From Octopus vulgaris (Eukaryota), in assembly GCA_951406725.2 (NCBI GenBank), contig OX597830.1, positions 26,474,001 to 26,538,000 on the forward strand: a stretch of DNA of 64,000 bases, written 5' to 3'. Position 1 is the first letter of the stretch. Every line of letters begins with the position of its first letter. Made by a program: the position numbers and the translations under genes. Below are positions 30,512 to 56,848 of this stretch, one piece after another. The notes under the pieces were generated by a model, which worked only from the letters and a program-made list of their open reading frames with translations, did not search any database and was not told the origin of the DNA.

Positions 30512-30560
30512 TGGTCAAGAAAATTCTGTAAAACCTGTTCTTCACAAGGACATACAAGGA

Positions 30561-30606
<46 letters not shown>

Positions 30607-30607
<1 letters not shown>

Positions 30608-30675
30608 AGTTATGGACAGCGTAGGATATCATTCGAATGGCGGAAACGTCATATATCTGCAAGATGTCTGCAACA

Positions 30676-30740
<65 letters not shown>

Positions 30741-30761
30741 CGAGTGTGTGTGTGCGCGCGC

Positions 30762-30811
<50 letters not shown>

Positions 30812-30882
30812 TGTTGCAGACATCTTGCGGATATCTGTGACGTTTTCGCCATTCGAATGATATCCTACGCTGTCCATAACTA
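30607..30882. repeat. Inverted repeat (72-74-bp arms) around (TG)n, ~95 nt 3' of the gene A stop
   Basis: TAGTTATGGACAGCGTAGGATATCATTCGAATGGCG... versus ...CGCCATTCGAATGATATCCTACGCTGTCCATAACTA. Confidence 0.9.
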
Positions 30883-31785
30883 ATTTTCGAAATGTATTTT
30901 TCCTGATAAATCTAGTATTAGTTATGCTTTTTGAAATAACGTCATCGTTGCAGTGGTTTTTGTATATTGCAGCCATAAAAAAAATATAGAAGAATCATGA
31001 CATAATGATTCACAGTTGTTGTGGAGTCTAGCAGCGTTCTATTGCACAAATTTGTTTATAGATGTGAAATAATTGCATGTTAGTTATTTTTGAGAAAGTT
31101 TTTCCTTTTCTATGCTTTAGATATCTAATAAAAATACATCCACACAGATATATATTTATATACATGCGAATATGCATAGAGACACACATAATTCACACAT
31201 GATGATGGTGAACTTTTCTCCGAGTACGGCTACTTCTTGGAAATTTGTAAACTCCGTAGATTATAGAATAGAGTTCCCACAAAGAGAAGACAACAGCCAG
31301 TGGCTAGTTTGCACATCAGTTTCAGAGTTTAGTTTAGCCTACAATTTCTCGACCCTTCCTGATTAACAAGTGAGCAATGCCTTCCCTGGAAAGAACTGCT
31401 TAGTCCGTCAATGTTCTGGTGCTTCTCTCCATCACAATGGTCTGGTAGACAGGCGATCACTATCTAAAGTCTGGTCAAGATTGTATCGCCTCAGGACTTT
31501 GTAGTGTGTTTTACAAGTTCCTGTGCATGGAATTCATCATACGAACGAAGCAGTCACAGCTCCATTTACTTTTCAAATAGAACAACTTTTCTTCCGGTGG
31601 CCTCATATTAACGCCAAGGTTTACGCTACAGTTTCAGCCACCAACAATGTTTGGTGTCCGATATTTTTAGGCAGTCCTATTGGGAGCTTGTTTAGTGTCT
31701 GATGATTTGACCACGCGAAAGCGTACTAGCAGCTACATATTATTTGTAGCACTCGAGGGTAACCTGACTAAGTATATATACATAC

Positions 31786-31894
<109 letters not shown>

Positions 31895-31995
31895 TAGATA
31901 GATAGATACATACATACATACATACATACATACATACATACATACATACATACATACATACATACATACAGATATGTGCGCATAAATGCATATAT

Positions 31996-32770
31996 ATATT
32001 TGAGTGACATCGTTTTCATTCTCAAAGATGTAGGATTCGTATGGATGTTTTATTGTACATGAATTATTAGGTAACCGAATTAGTACATGCATCTGTTGCA
32101 TTTGTTTTACCCTTAAATGATATGTTATGCCAACCTAAAAAGAGAAGTTCTCCTGGTTGACAAGTTATTTGGCCAGTGCAGATAATTGCGTCTATGAATG
32201 TTGCCTTCCAGATACGAAACTTTCTTAATGAGAGTCCAGAATTAGTCAACTCTATGTCCAAATTTTTCACTTAGGACCACTAAGTGGGTTGCAGTAATAA
32301 CACCATTAAACTGCTACAGGCCTATGTTGCAAGAGTTTATGATGTTGGCGGTAGATTTAGGAACGCTCATGGCGCAGTATATGATTATAAAATCGTATTT
32401 TCGTTTCCTGGATTGGGCAGCACATTCTATCCTTAAGGAAGGCACTTCATCTAACACTGCTTCAGTAATCTCAATTGTGATTACTTAGTATAAGCTGGGG
32501 TACATGTGCAGACATTTCTCCATCCAGTTAACATCTTTCACATTCAATTTCCTTAAGGATGGAGAAGTGAAGAATCTTCCATTATTACTTGGGACTACAT
32601 AAACAGCTAAAGCTATTGAAGAAAGCAGTATACCCCTTACCAAGTCTTATATCTCGCAGGTGAAAGCTGGCTTGTAATTTTGCGCGCAGTACCTTTGTAT
32701 ATGGGAATATATATGAGTATGTATACGTGTGTACGCATGCGTTTGCATATGTGCATGATTATATATATGC

Positions 32771-32831
<61 letters not shown>

Positions 32832-32896
32832 ATATATATATTATATATATATAATGCATCCACATATACAAACACATGCGCTCACACGCATACATA

Positions 32897-32932
<36 letters not shown>

Positions 32933-33549
32933 ATATATGTGTGTGTGTGTGTGTTAACTGGATGGAGAAATGTCTGCACATGTACCCCAGCTTATACTAA
33001 GTAATCACAATTGAGATTACTGAAGCAATGTTAGATGTTCCTTAAGGATAGAATGTGCTGCCCAATCCAAGAAACGAAAATACGATCTTATAATCATATA
33101 CTGCGCCATGAGCATTCCTAAATCTACCGCCAGCATCATCAACTCTTGCAACATAAACCTGTAGTAGTTTAATGGTGTTATTACTGCAACCCACTTAGTG
33201 GTCCTAAGTGAAAAATTTGGACATAGAGTTGACTAATTCTGGACTCTCATTAAGAAAATTTCGTATCTGGAAGACAACATTCATAGACACAATTTATGTG
33301 CACTGGCCAAAAACTTGTCAACCAGGAGAAAATTTCGTATCTGGAAGACAACATTCATAGACACAATTTATGTGCACTGGCCAAAAACTTGTCAACCAGG
33401 AGAACTTCTCTATTTAGGTTGGCATAACATATCATTTAAGGGTAAAACAAATGCAACAGATGTATCTACTAATTCGGCTACCTAACAATTCGTGTACAAT
33501 AAAACATCCATTCTCATCTTTGAGAATGAAAACGATGTCACTCAAATAT
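31996..33549. repeat. Large inverted duplication (arms 31996-32533 / 32952-33549)
   Basis: >90% identity by eye; the right arm contains a ~75-bp tandem duplication (33254-33403). Confidence 0.9.
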
Positions 33550-35170
33550 TAAGGTTGCCATTAATTTCACACAGTAAAACACCAGAAGAATGGCAGTGAA
33601 ACGAGTGGTATTCATTGAATAGTAAAAACTAATACAGAAGAAAATACGGGAATAAACAAAAAAGAAAATATATTGAGGAGGTTAATTAACGGAAGACATA
33701 AGTGCGGGTTTATCTGTTCAGGTTAGAATGAGGTTCTCACTACTCAAAATTAAAACGTTTTATAGCTATCAGGAAGATATATATAAAGCAAATGTGTATA
33801 ACTTGCTATTTCTTTAATTACAATTTTCAGTCTTCTAGTTTTGTACCAAATTTCCAATGATTAAAACAATTACAATACCTTAGCCATACACGTACTCACG
33901 TCCATGTTCTTCGCATTGACGAGATATATTACAAAACAGACTATCTGCACATATAAATATTTAAATATATATTGCTTAGAATCATATACTTATATATTTG
34001 CATGCTGCAAAGAATATGTTGTTTCTCCTCTCTACAAAATTAATGAACTAAGTCTATATTAAAACAAAGGAAATGTTGTGAAAGAAACTATCAAAGTACA
34101 CCATCTTTATGCAAGACGAGTTTTGTAGCTACTTCAAATCCTGTATAAATATGAGTGGGCAAACGTCAGAAACATATGTACCTATTTTGAGCAGAAGGCT
34201 TGGAGAGCTAAAAAGAAGAAACAAATTACTGAAACGAAAATTCTCTTGAAGTTTGCTCTCTGCTTGAACGTTTGACCAGCTGCCCAGGATAGTGAAAATT
34301 ACGAACAATTTATTTTCCCTTTACAATTCTTATTTTCATTTAAAACTAAATATTAAAATCCTCTCGTTTTATTTCATTGTTTCTTTTTCTCACAACGATA
34401 CGACACAATTTTGTTGAAACTTGATATTATCTTGCACTTTGCACTGACGAGATATGATACGTCGAAAGAAACTGTATAGATATTTAACTAATAAATGTTT
34501 ATATATATATATATGTATATAACAATATGTGTTTTGCTTTAAATTATTTTTTGTTTACTTCACCGAAAAATATTCTTTACACACTTATTTTCACAAGAAG
34601 AATAAACTAAGACCATCTGTGGGACATTCCACCAAATATATGCCTGATGATTGTTGGGAAACATTCAATTCAGATCTATCGGTTGACAAAAGTGGTGTGT
34701 TGGAGCCCTACTCTTATTTAGAGAATACACTACTAGAATCTAAAGAAAAATGGTGATATGGTAATTCACATGATGTCTCCTACCCATGTCCAACAATCTT
34801 CTTTTGATGATGGAAGCCGGATTTATTATAACATTTTCATGTGACTTGTTACTAGTTACATACCCACGCAATTTACGATTACCATGATTATTATATAACT
34901 GCGGATTTACTGAAACAGCAGTAAAATACTTGATATCTTTTCCTGTACTTTTATTCTGTATTTTTTGTGCTCCATGTAAACACACACTTATATATGTAGT
35001 GTCATTATCTGAATTACTAGCTTCATATCAGCTGAATTTAAATTATTCTTATAGACATTCTTGAGGGTGAGGGACAATACCCAGGACGAGGAATTTGGAG
35101 TTTTGATTTGAATCCTTTTGAACACTACTATGTTTTCTATAGCGAGCATACGCATCTCTCACATATATAT

Positions 35171-35254
<84 letters not shown>

Positions 35255-35335
35255 CAATAAATTATAAATCCGGAAGAGAATCACACACTAAGTTATAAAG
35301 CAGTAGAGGATATAGATAAAGATAGATATGACCGG

Positions 35336-35522
35336 TCTATGGGGCTACGCTTGGGTTTACGTCCAAAAGTGCTAATCTTTACAGCGTTTCTTCAGACCTT
35401 AAATCCCGTTGGTTTAAGGCCTCTTGTGCTAGAGAGGTCATAAGCCAACGGCATTTAGGGCCTGACGAAACGATATAAGGCTAAGTGCTTTATTGACGTG
35501 AAACCCACAGTAACCCTATAGA
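35336..35522. mobile_element. Imperfect ~190-bp foldback, MITE-like
   Basis: TCTATGGGGCTAC..GGGTTTACGTC...CGTTTCTTCAG versus CTGACGAAACG...GACGTGAAACCC..GTAACCCTATAGA. Confidence 0.6.
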
Positions 35523-35572
35523 ATGTCATATCTATATTTATCTATTTCTATTTCTGTCCCTCTCTCTCTCTT

Positions 35573-35613
<41 letters not shown>

Positions 35614-35783
35614 ATGATAGTGAAGATTTCTCACAATTGTCTTATGACAATGCACATGAGACTCTGGATAACAGTTTGCGAATATTTTTCATCATCAATA
35701 AAATAATAATGCTCTCTGCTATTGGTATTCGAGTGCTATTTTTACCCACGTTGTGTTGCACCTATATGTTTACACGTGTTTGT

Positions 35784-35823
<40 letters not shown>

Positions 35824-37009
35824 TCTGTATGAAAATATGTTTTTCCTTCCTAGGGATATATTATCCAAGCGTACGCCATTTTTGCACTATTATCGATTAA
35901 CGACACCGGAAAATTTTACATGTGTATATGGACTAGTGTTTATCGTTGATTCTTCTTTAATATTGGTACCTTACACTTCTGAAATTCCAGTTGTCGCTAT
36001 AGAGATTTCCATCGTTTGCAATATAAGAGGGAAGGTTTAACAATAAAGAGAAGATAGAGTATACATACACAGAATAATCAATTCATTTATTATCATTATC
36101 CAGTCGAATTAATAAGTTCATGCATTTTGCCTTCTGTTGATTGCTCTTATCCATATTTACATATTAAAGTGCATTATGAATTTGAAAAAAAAAAACCTCC
36201 TCAGGGAAAATTGACTGATACTTTCTGATATCAGTCACTCACGCGTGAGTATAGCCTGCTAACACCTATTGCAAAAGGGCATAGACAACTTCTCAAAGCT
36301 TTACCCACTGCGGCAGTTGAGCATCCATGATGTGATAATGGGAAGGAGCGAAGGCTGCAACAGACCCTTGGATCATGCAACTTAAACTGAAGTCTCTTGC
36401 TTAGGGGCAAAACGCACCGCCCCATTCTGAATAACCTAACGACTATGACATGTTTGGCAGGCTCCATTTAAGCTTTATATTAATACTGATCGTGGTTCAG
36501 ACACCAACAGCCACACATATATGCGTATATATCCAGCCTACCGGTGTTTGCCTTTGAGTACCTCCTGCGCATGTGAACCATCTCCAGCATTTTAGTTACG
36601 ACCAACTCCTGCCGCAGTTAAGTAGATTACCAAGACTTCGGCTACCATGACTAGAATCAGAGCGAATATTGGAGTGGCAAAGTGACGGAGGTTTTAACTT
36701 ATGGAGAAGTAAGTCAATGTAGATACACGAGATAAAATATATATAGTAACCTTTTACAAAGAATAGGAAGAGAGATTTGAGTGACATCAGATACATGAAA
36801 AAGCAATTATGGCAAAATATGACGTAGGATATGACAGAAAACAACCCTTTAAAAAAATATTGCTGAAACTAAGAAACTTCCTTGATATTAGATATAATAA
36901 TTCAGTGTAAAAAGATAAGAGGCGGCCGAACTGGTCAATGAAAAGCACACATAAGACAATGACACAAAACAATATGAATTGAAAATTAAGTCCTTACTTG
37001 TATCCGGGT

Positions 37010-37345
37010 TTGCGTGATAAAGTGTCATAAAATGGCAGTGACATTGATACTGGCGTGTTTTTAGAACGACATTTTGCTTGTTTATTGTTATATAATACAA
37101 AGTAAAGCTGCGTGAAACTACATGATCTTATGTTATGTAATTTTGACACGTAAATTTTCAATAGCATATCTTTCTCCTCAAGGATTCCTTTCAAACAAGT
37201 ACGATGTTGAGAAGTATATGAAGGGGAGGCTGAAATGTGGTTTGCTTCTTAACTTTTGTTTTTACTTGATTAAAATAACCAATGGTGATAATGGCAAATC
37301 AATCCAGTAAACTTTAAGAAATGAATCTGGCTTCAGATGTAAACA
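37010..37345 (+). promoter_or_regulatory. Conserved upstream block of gene B (candidate promoter or 5'-UTR exon)
   Basis: Homologous to 12150-12470. Confidence 0.4.
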
Positions 37346-37799
37346 CAGACATAGACACACACACAGACATAGAAACATATATACATACATACACACATAT
37401 ATGCATACACACATATATGCATACATACATACATACATATATACATACAAGCATACATGCATACATACGTCCATACATATCTATACTTGCAATTATTTCT
37501 ATGCATGTATGTACCTATTTATGCATGTGTGTGTGCACATATATATATATATATATATATATGCGTATATGTGTTTGTGTGTGTGTATTTGCATGCATTA
37601 TCTACCGCCATTTCTTGTTATATTACTGGTTCCCTAGTTACGCTGCGTTCTCCCGCTCACCCTCTCTTTCTCGCTCGCTTTCTCTCGCGCACTCGCTCTC
37701 CCTTTCTCCCCCCCTTCTCTCTTACTCTCTAGATATAATATACAATTTAATTTCCATTTCGAAGTAGATCTTAGTAATTAATTGGGACCAACATTAGTC

Positions 37800-51830
<14,031 letters not shown>

Positions 51831-51867
51831 AGTTCAGCACGATTTCTTAAAACCCTTTCTTCACACA

Positions 51868-52400
51868 GACGAACACACACAAATCGACCTCCATTCATCT
51901 TGAATGATGTCTTTCAACACTACCGGGTTTTTTTTCTCCTTAACCTTCCTTTTCAAAACACCCCACAGATGTTCTATTAGGTTTAAATCAGGTGACTTGG
52001 TAGGCCAAGGCAATACCTTTACCTTTTTATCTGATAAAAACTTGGTCGACATCTTTGAAGTGTGTTTAGGGTCATTATTATGTTTGTTCATGTAATGTTT
52101 TCGCAGCTCCCTGATGCTTTCAACATTCTTTTCTGCAATATACCACAATAAAGCCTTGAATCCATTGTTCTCTCAATAAATGTGAGTCTTCCCACACCAG
52201 CCGCACTCATGCATCCTCAAAGCATAACACTTCCGCCACCGTGTTTCACGGTGGGAACGGTTCATTTGTCGCTATTATCTTCACCTAGTCGTCACCACAC
52301 TCGTTTAATACCATTTGACCCAAACAAGTTCATTTTTGTATCGTCAGAAAAAAAATCATTCCAAAACTTCTTCCCCTTACATGACTTTCAGCAAAAGAAA
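51868..52400 (-). mobile_element. Tc1-like transposase relic just after the gene B stop
   Basis: TVKHGGGSVML*GCM; NDPKHTSK...VLPWPTKSPDLNLIEHLWGVLKRKV. Confidence 0.85.
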
Positions 52401-52460
52401 GGCGAATTCATTTCTGCCTGGTAGTGAGGAGAGGCTTCCCGGAGACTACACTGGTTCGAA

Positions 52461-52640
52461 GCACCGATGCTGGTGTGTTTACGTCCCCATCACTCTGGGT
52501 TTCGGCAAGAGAGACCGATAGAATAAGTACTAGGCTTACAAAGAATAAGTCCTGGGGCGATTTGCTCGACTAAAGGTGGTGCACCAGCATGGCCGCAATC
52601 AAATGACTGAAACAAATAAAAGAAAAGAAAAAGAATAAAA
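52461..52640 (+). mobile_element. SINE family 3 tail
   Basis: ACCGATGCTGGTGTGTTTACGTCCCC...GACTGAAAC. Confidence 0.7.
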
Positions 52641-52754
52641 GAAACCACTTTTCTCCTCCTTTGTACGGCCACACCTCGAATACTGCTGCCCACTGTGGTC
52701 TCACCATACAAGACAAAACATCTCGAGGATTGAGTCACCCCAGAGGGCACTCAC

Positions 52755-53279
52755 TAAACGAATTGAAGGCATGGCTGCTCTTGATTATTGGGATCGCCTT
52801 AAAGCCTTGAAACTCTACTCTCTCCAGCGTCGCCGTGAGCGGTACATCATTTGTACGATGTGGAGAATATACCGCCAACTTTGCCCAAACGACCTGAACA
52901 TTAGCTTCAAGGTTCATCCAAGACTGGGACCACGGGCCATACACCCCCTGCCCAATTCAAGATCACAGCATACATGTACACTGCAACATAATTTCTTTTC
53001 TTCAACAGGCCCTGCCCTATTTAACATTGTCCCGAAAGAGATCAAAGAGGAAAAGGATCCCATCAACTTTAAACGGAGTCTGGATAGATTCCTTCAAAGA
53101 ATACCAGATAAGCCACCCATAATTGGATACAACTCACCCAACAAAAACGCACTAATTGAATGGACCATAAACAAAACTTGACTTAAACAGGATTCGAATA
53201 ATCCTATCAGGTGGTGCTATTAAGTTAGACATGGCCTGGACCAATCTTTGGTCGAAACATATCTAAGTTTATCTAAGTT

Positions 53280-53281
<2 letters not shown>
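52755..53281 (+). mobile_element. CR1/Jockey-group LINE 3' end
   Basis: ORF 52771..53181 LDYWDRLKALKLYSLQRRRER...FKRSLDRFLQRIPDKP; 3' stem-loop GACCA/TGGTC and (ATCTAAGTTT)2 tail. Confidence 0.8.
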
Positions 53282-53324
<43 letters not shown>

Positions 53325-53735
53325 GTTCTGTTATTCTTTTACTTGTTTCAGTTATTTTGGCTGCGCCCATGCTGAAGCACAGCATTAAAGGGTTTTTGTC
53401 GAACAAATCACCCTCAGAAATTATTTCTGAAGCTTAGTATATATTCTATGTAGTAGAATATGTAGAACCGCTAAGTTATGGGGATATAAACACACCAACA
53501 CAGGCTGTCAGTCGCTGATGGGGGGAACAAATACAGACACAATGACACACACACACACATACATCTATATGCAGCGAGTTTTGTCAGTTTCTCTCCACCA
53601 GATCCACTCGCAAGATTTTGGTCAGCACGAGCCTATTATAGAAGACAATTGCCCAAAGTACCATGCAGTGGAGAGTGAACCCGGAACGACATGGTTGGGA
53701 AGTGAGCTTCTTACCACACAGTCACGCCTGCGCTT
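53325..53735 (-). mobile_element. SINE family 3 (old)
   Basis: Diverged reverse complement of family 3. Confidence 0.65.
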
Positions 53736-53754
53736 AAGTGTGTGTGTGTGTATA

Positions 53755-53804
<50 letters not shown>

Positions 53805-53806
<2 letters not shown>

Positions 53807-53965
53807 AGATTGTTAGCCCCTACACGCAATTTTTTTCTCTCCTTGTTTCTCTCCTTGTTTCTTTTCTGTGTATCTTTCTGTCGAAGAGCGTAGGCTCGAA
53901 ACGTAAAAGACTTGTTTTATTTCTATTCCTGAGCGCCATGCTAATACATTGTTTGTTTGTGCGTA
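53805..53965 (+). mobile_element. Penelope-like terminal repeat fragment with hammerhead-like motif
   Basis: TCTTT-CTGTCGA-A-GAGC-GTAG-GCTC-GAAACGTA-AAAGA at 53873-53910. Confidence 0.55.
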
Positions 53966-55724
53966 CACTTGTTACATAAATCTCTAAATCTCTATCTTTT
54001 TAGATATAATAGTTTTGTCCTTTATTCTCTTCTCTAAACTATCAATAGAACTCCTGATTGCTAACTATAAATAAAGACTTCATGGAAATGTAAATGTGTT
54101 ATTTGATTCTTTGTCTGCAGAAGTTCTAAGACATTTCATACATGTTTCTACCACGTTTACAATTTTTAACTCCTATTAGCAAATGAAACGCGTGTAATGG
54201 TGAACAAAGAATATCAAAAATAAATTTCCAGGTTCCTATTTTGATTTGTAATTACTCATGTATTCCTCACAAAAATATAACTTTGAAGTACTGGAATGAG
54301 CAGATGTGCTTCAGGAGGACACAGGCTGTATTATAACTCTAACTGCATAATACACATACCTATGTATGTAGATAGATATATACATACAAATATATATGCA
54401 AGCATACATATACACATACAAAAAGGTATTATACAAAGCCGACATTCAAAGGTGTAATGCTTGGCAAAAGTTATCAAGCTTTCCATAATACTTTTAGCTG
54501 CTTATGTTGTCCTGAGTACAGATGGAAAACTCTCGATCTCTTCACCAACGAATAAAGAGGGGTATGATAAGTGGAGGAAGATACGGTTGCTCGTGTACCT
54601 TGGATGATACTAATTACAACTGAGTTAGTGTAGCAACCTGATTGAAGTACCTTTCTTAAGGACTTAATGCGCCGCCAAATGCAGGAAACGAACACACGGC
54701 CTTATGATAATGAACTAAACAACTTCAACAATACACAATGCACGTTCCCAAGACTACCATCAACAGTACCTTGCTCCGGCGACGCCTCATCCTGAGTAAC
54801 CTAATCACTAAGAGACGCGCCTTCACTAATCCATCGATCCATCGATCCATCTATCCATGCATTCGTACTCGATCAATACAAGCTATTAGCACTTGCATTA
54901 TTACCGTCTACCGGTCGATTTTACAAGTAACTTAATTACTTCGTGGAAAGAGCAGTCTTGATGGATAGAGATTAAAACAAAGAACGGAAGGTAAGAGCTT
55001 TTAAGAGGAAATTGCAAGTTGAATGGACAACTCATAGATTATTTTTATATTTTCTTTAATGGAAGGAGACAATCTGGCAGAATTGTTAGCAAGCCGTGCA
55101 AAATGCTTAGTCGCATTTCATCTGTCTTTATGTTCTGAGCTCAAATTTATTTTGGGGCTGATAAGAAGAGTACCAGTTGAGCATTGAGATCGATGTAATC
55201 GACATACCACCTCCACCGAACATATTGAGTTTGTGCCAAATTTTAAACGAATATTTTCTTTACTATTTAGAAATGATGTGCACAACTTTGCATCTACCAG
55301 AATTCTAGGTTTCAAATAGGGGTCACCAGTATGAACATATGTGTATGCTATTAAATCTAAAATGTCATAATAATAGCTTGACTACTCGAGGACAAAAATA
55401 TATAAATGTCCGCGTGTTAGTTCGAGCCTAAGACCCTACATAAGGCAATTCATGTCATTTGATGTGAAGAGGGAATAAAAACAGAAGAATGAATTTTACA
55501 AGGATTTAATTCTACAAATGGAAATAGTCAGCAGGGCTAAATTTATTCAATTTACTTCACCATAAAAAAGGTTATACGTATGTAATGACTGATTATAATC
55601 AGGAAATGTAAGAACGCAAAATAACGGTTATCATAGTACTGCTTTTGGAGGGAAGTTTACTTTGTGTTATAGCTAAATCTGTTAGCTGTGAATTAGCTAA
55701 ATTTACTGCATTTCACGAGAGAGA

Positions 55725-55756
<32 letters not shown>

Positions 55757-56014
55757 AATCTATGGTATTTACTGTACAACATCGCAGTGGAGTGTTAAAA
55801 ATCGATCAAGTGGTCGACGACTATTCTAATAATTTATTGATGTTGCCAAAGAGAGAAACATGTTTAACGTAATGCAATACACAAACACACACATACATTT
55901 ATAAACAAAATCAAACACACATGCACAAGGTGTCTGCTGTTAGTTCGTGGGATGGCTGCGTTATATTAGGCATAAGTGATTATGCGTTTATATATATATG
56001 TATATATTATTTTT

Positions 56015-56435
56015 TTTCTCTTTTACTTGTTTCAGTCATTTGACTGTGGCCATGCTGGAGCAACACCTTCATTCGAGCAATACGACCCCAGGAATATCAT
56101 TTGGAAGTCTAGTGCTTATTCTGTCGGTCTCTTTTACCGAACCGCTAAGTTACGGGGACGTAAACACACCAGCATCGGTTGTCAAGCGATGTTGGGGTGG
56201 GGGTTGGGGAAACACAGACACACAAACGTATACACACACACACTTACATATATGTATATATATATATATATATATATACGACGGGTTTCTTTCAGTTCCG
56301 TCTACCAAATCCACTTACAAGGTTTTGGTCGACTCGCGGCTATAGTAAAAGACACTTACCCATGGTTCCACGCAGGGGGACTGAACCCGGAGCCATGTGG
56401 TTCGTAAGCAAGCTACTTACAACACAGCTATTCCT
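56015..56435 (-). mobile_element. SINE family 3
   Basis: Reverse complement of family 3. Confidence 0.75.
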
Positions 56436-56454
56436 ATATATATATATATATATA

Positions 56455-56814
56455 CTAGCTGAAGGTGACCCGCTCTACGCGCGGGTAAGGGTGTGGTTGT
56501 TACTTTCTGTTACTTCCATTTAGCACGTAAAAAGCACCATCCGAACGTGGCGAATTGCAGCGCCGCCTTGACTGGCTTCTGTGCTGGTGGCACGTAAAAA
56601 GCACCAACCGATCGTGGCCGCTGCCAGCCCCCTGGCACCTGTGCCGGCGGCACGAAAAAAGCACCCACTACTCTCACAGAGTGGTTGGCGTTAGGAAGGG
56701 CATCCACCTGTAGAAACACTGCCAGATCAGACTGGAGCCTGGTGCAGCCTCCTGGCTTCTCAGACCCCGGTCAAACTGTTCAACCCGTGCTAGCACGGAA
56801 AACGGACGTTAAAC

Positions 56815-56848
<34 letters not shown>

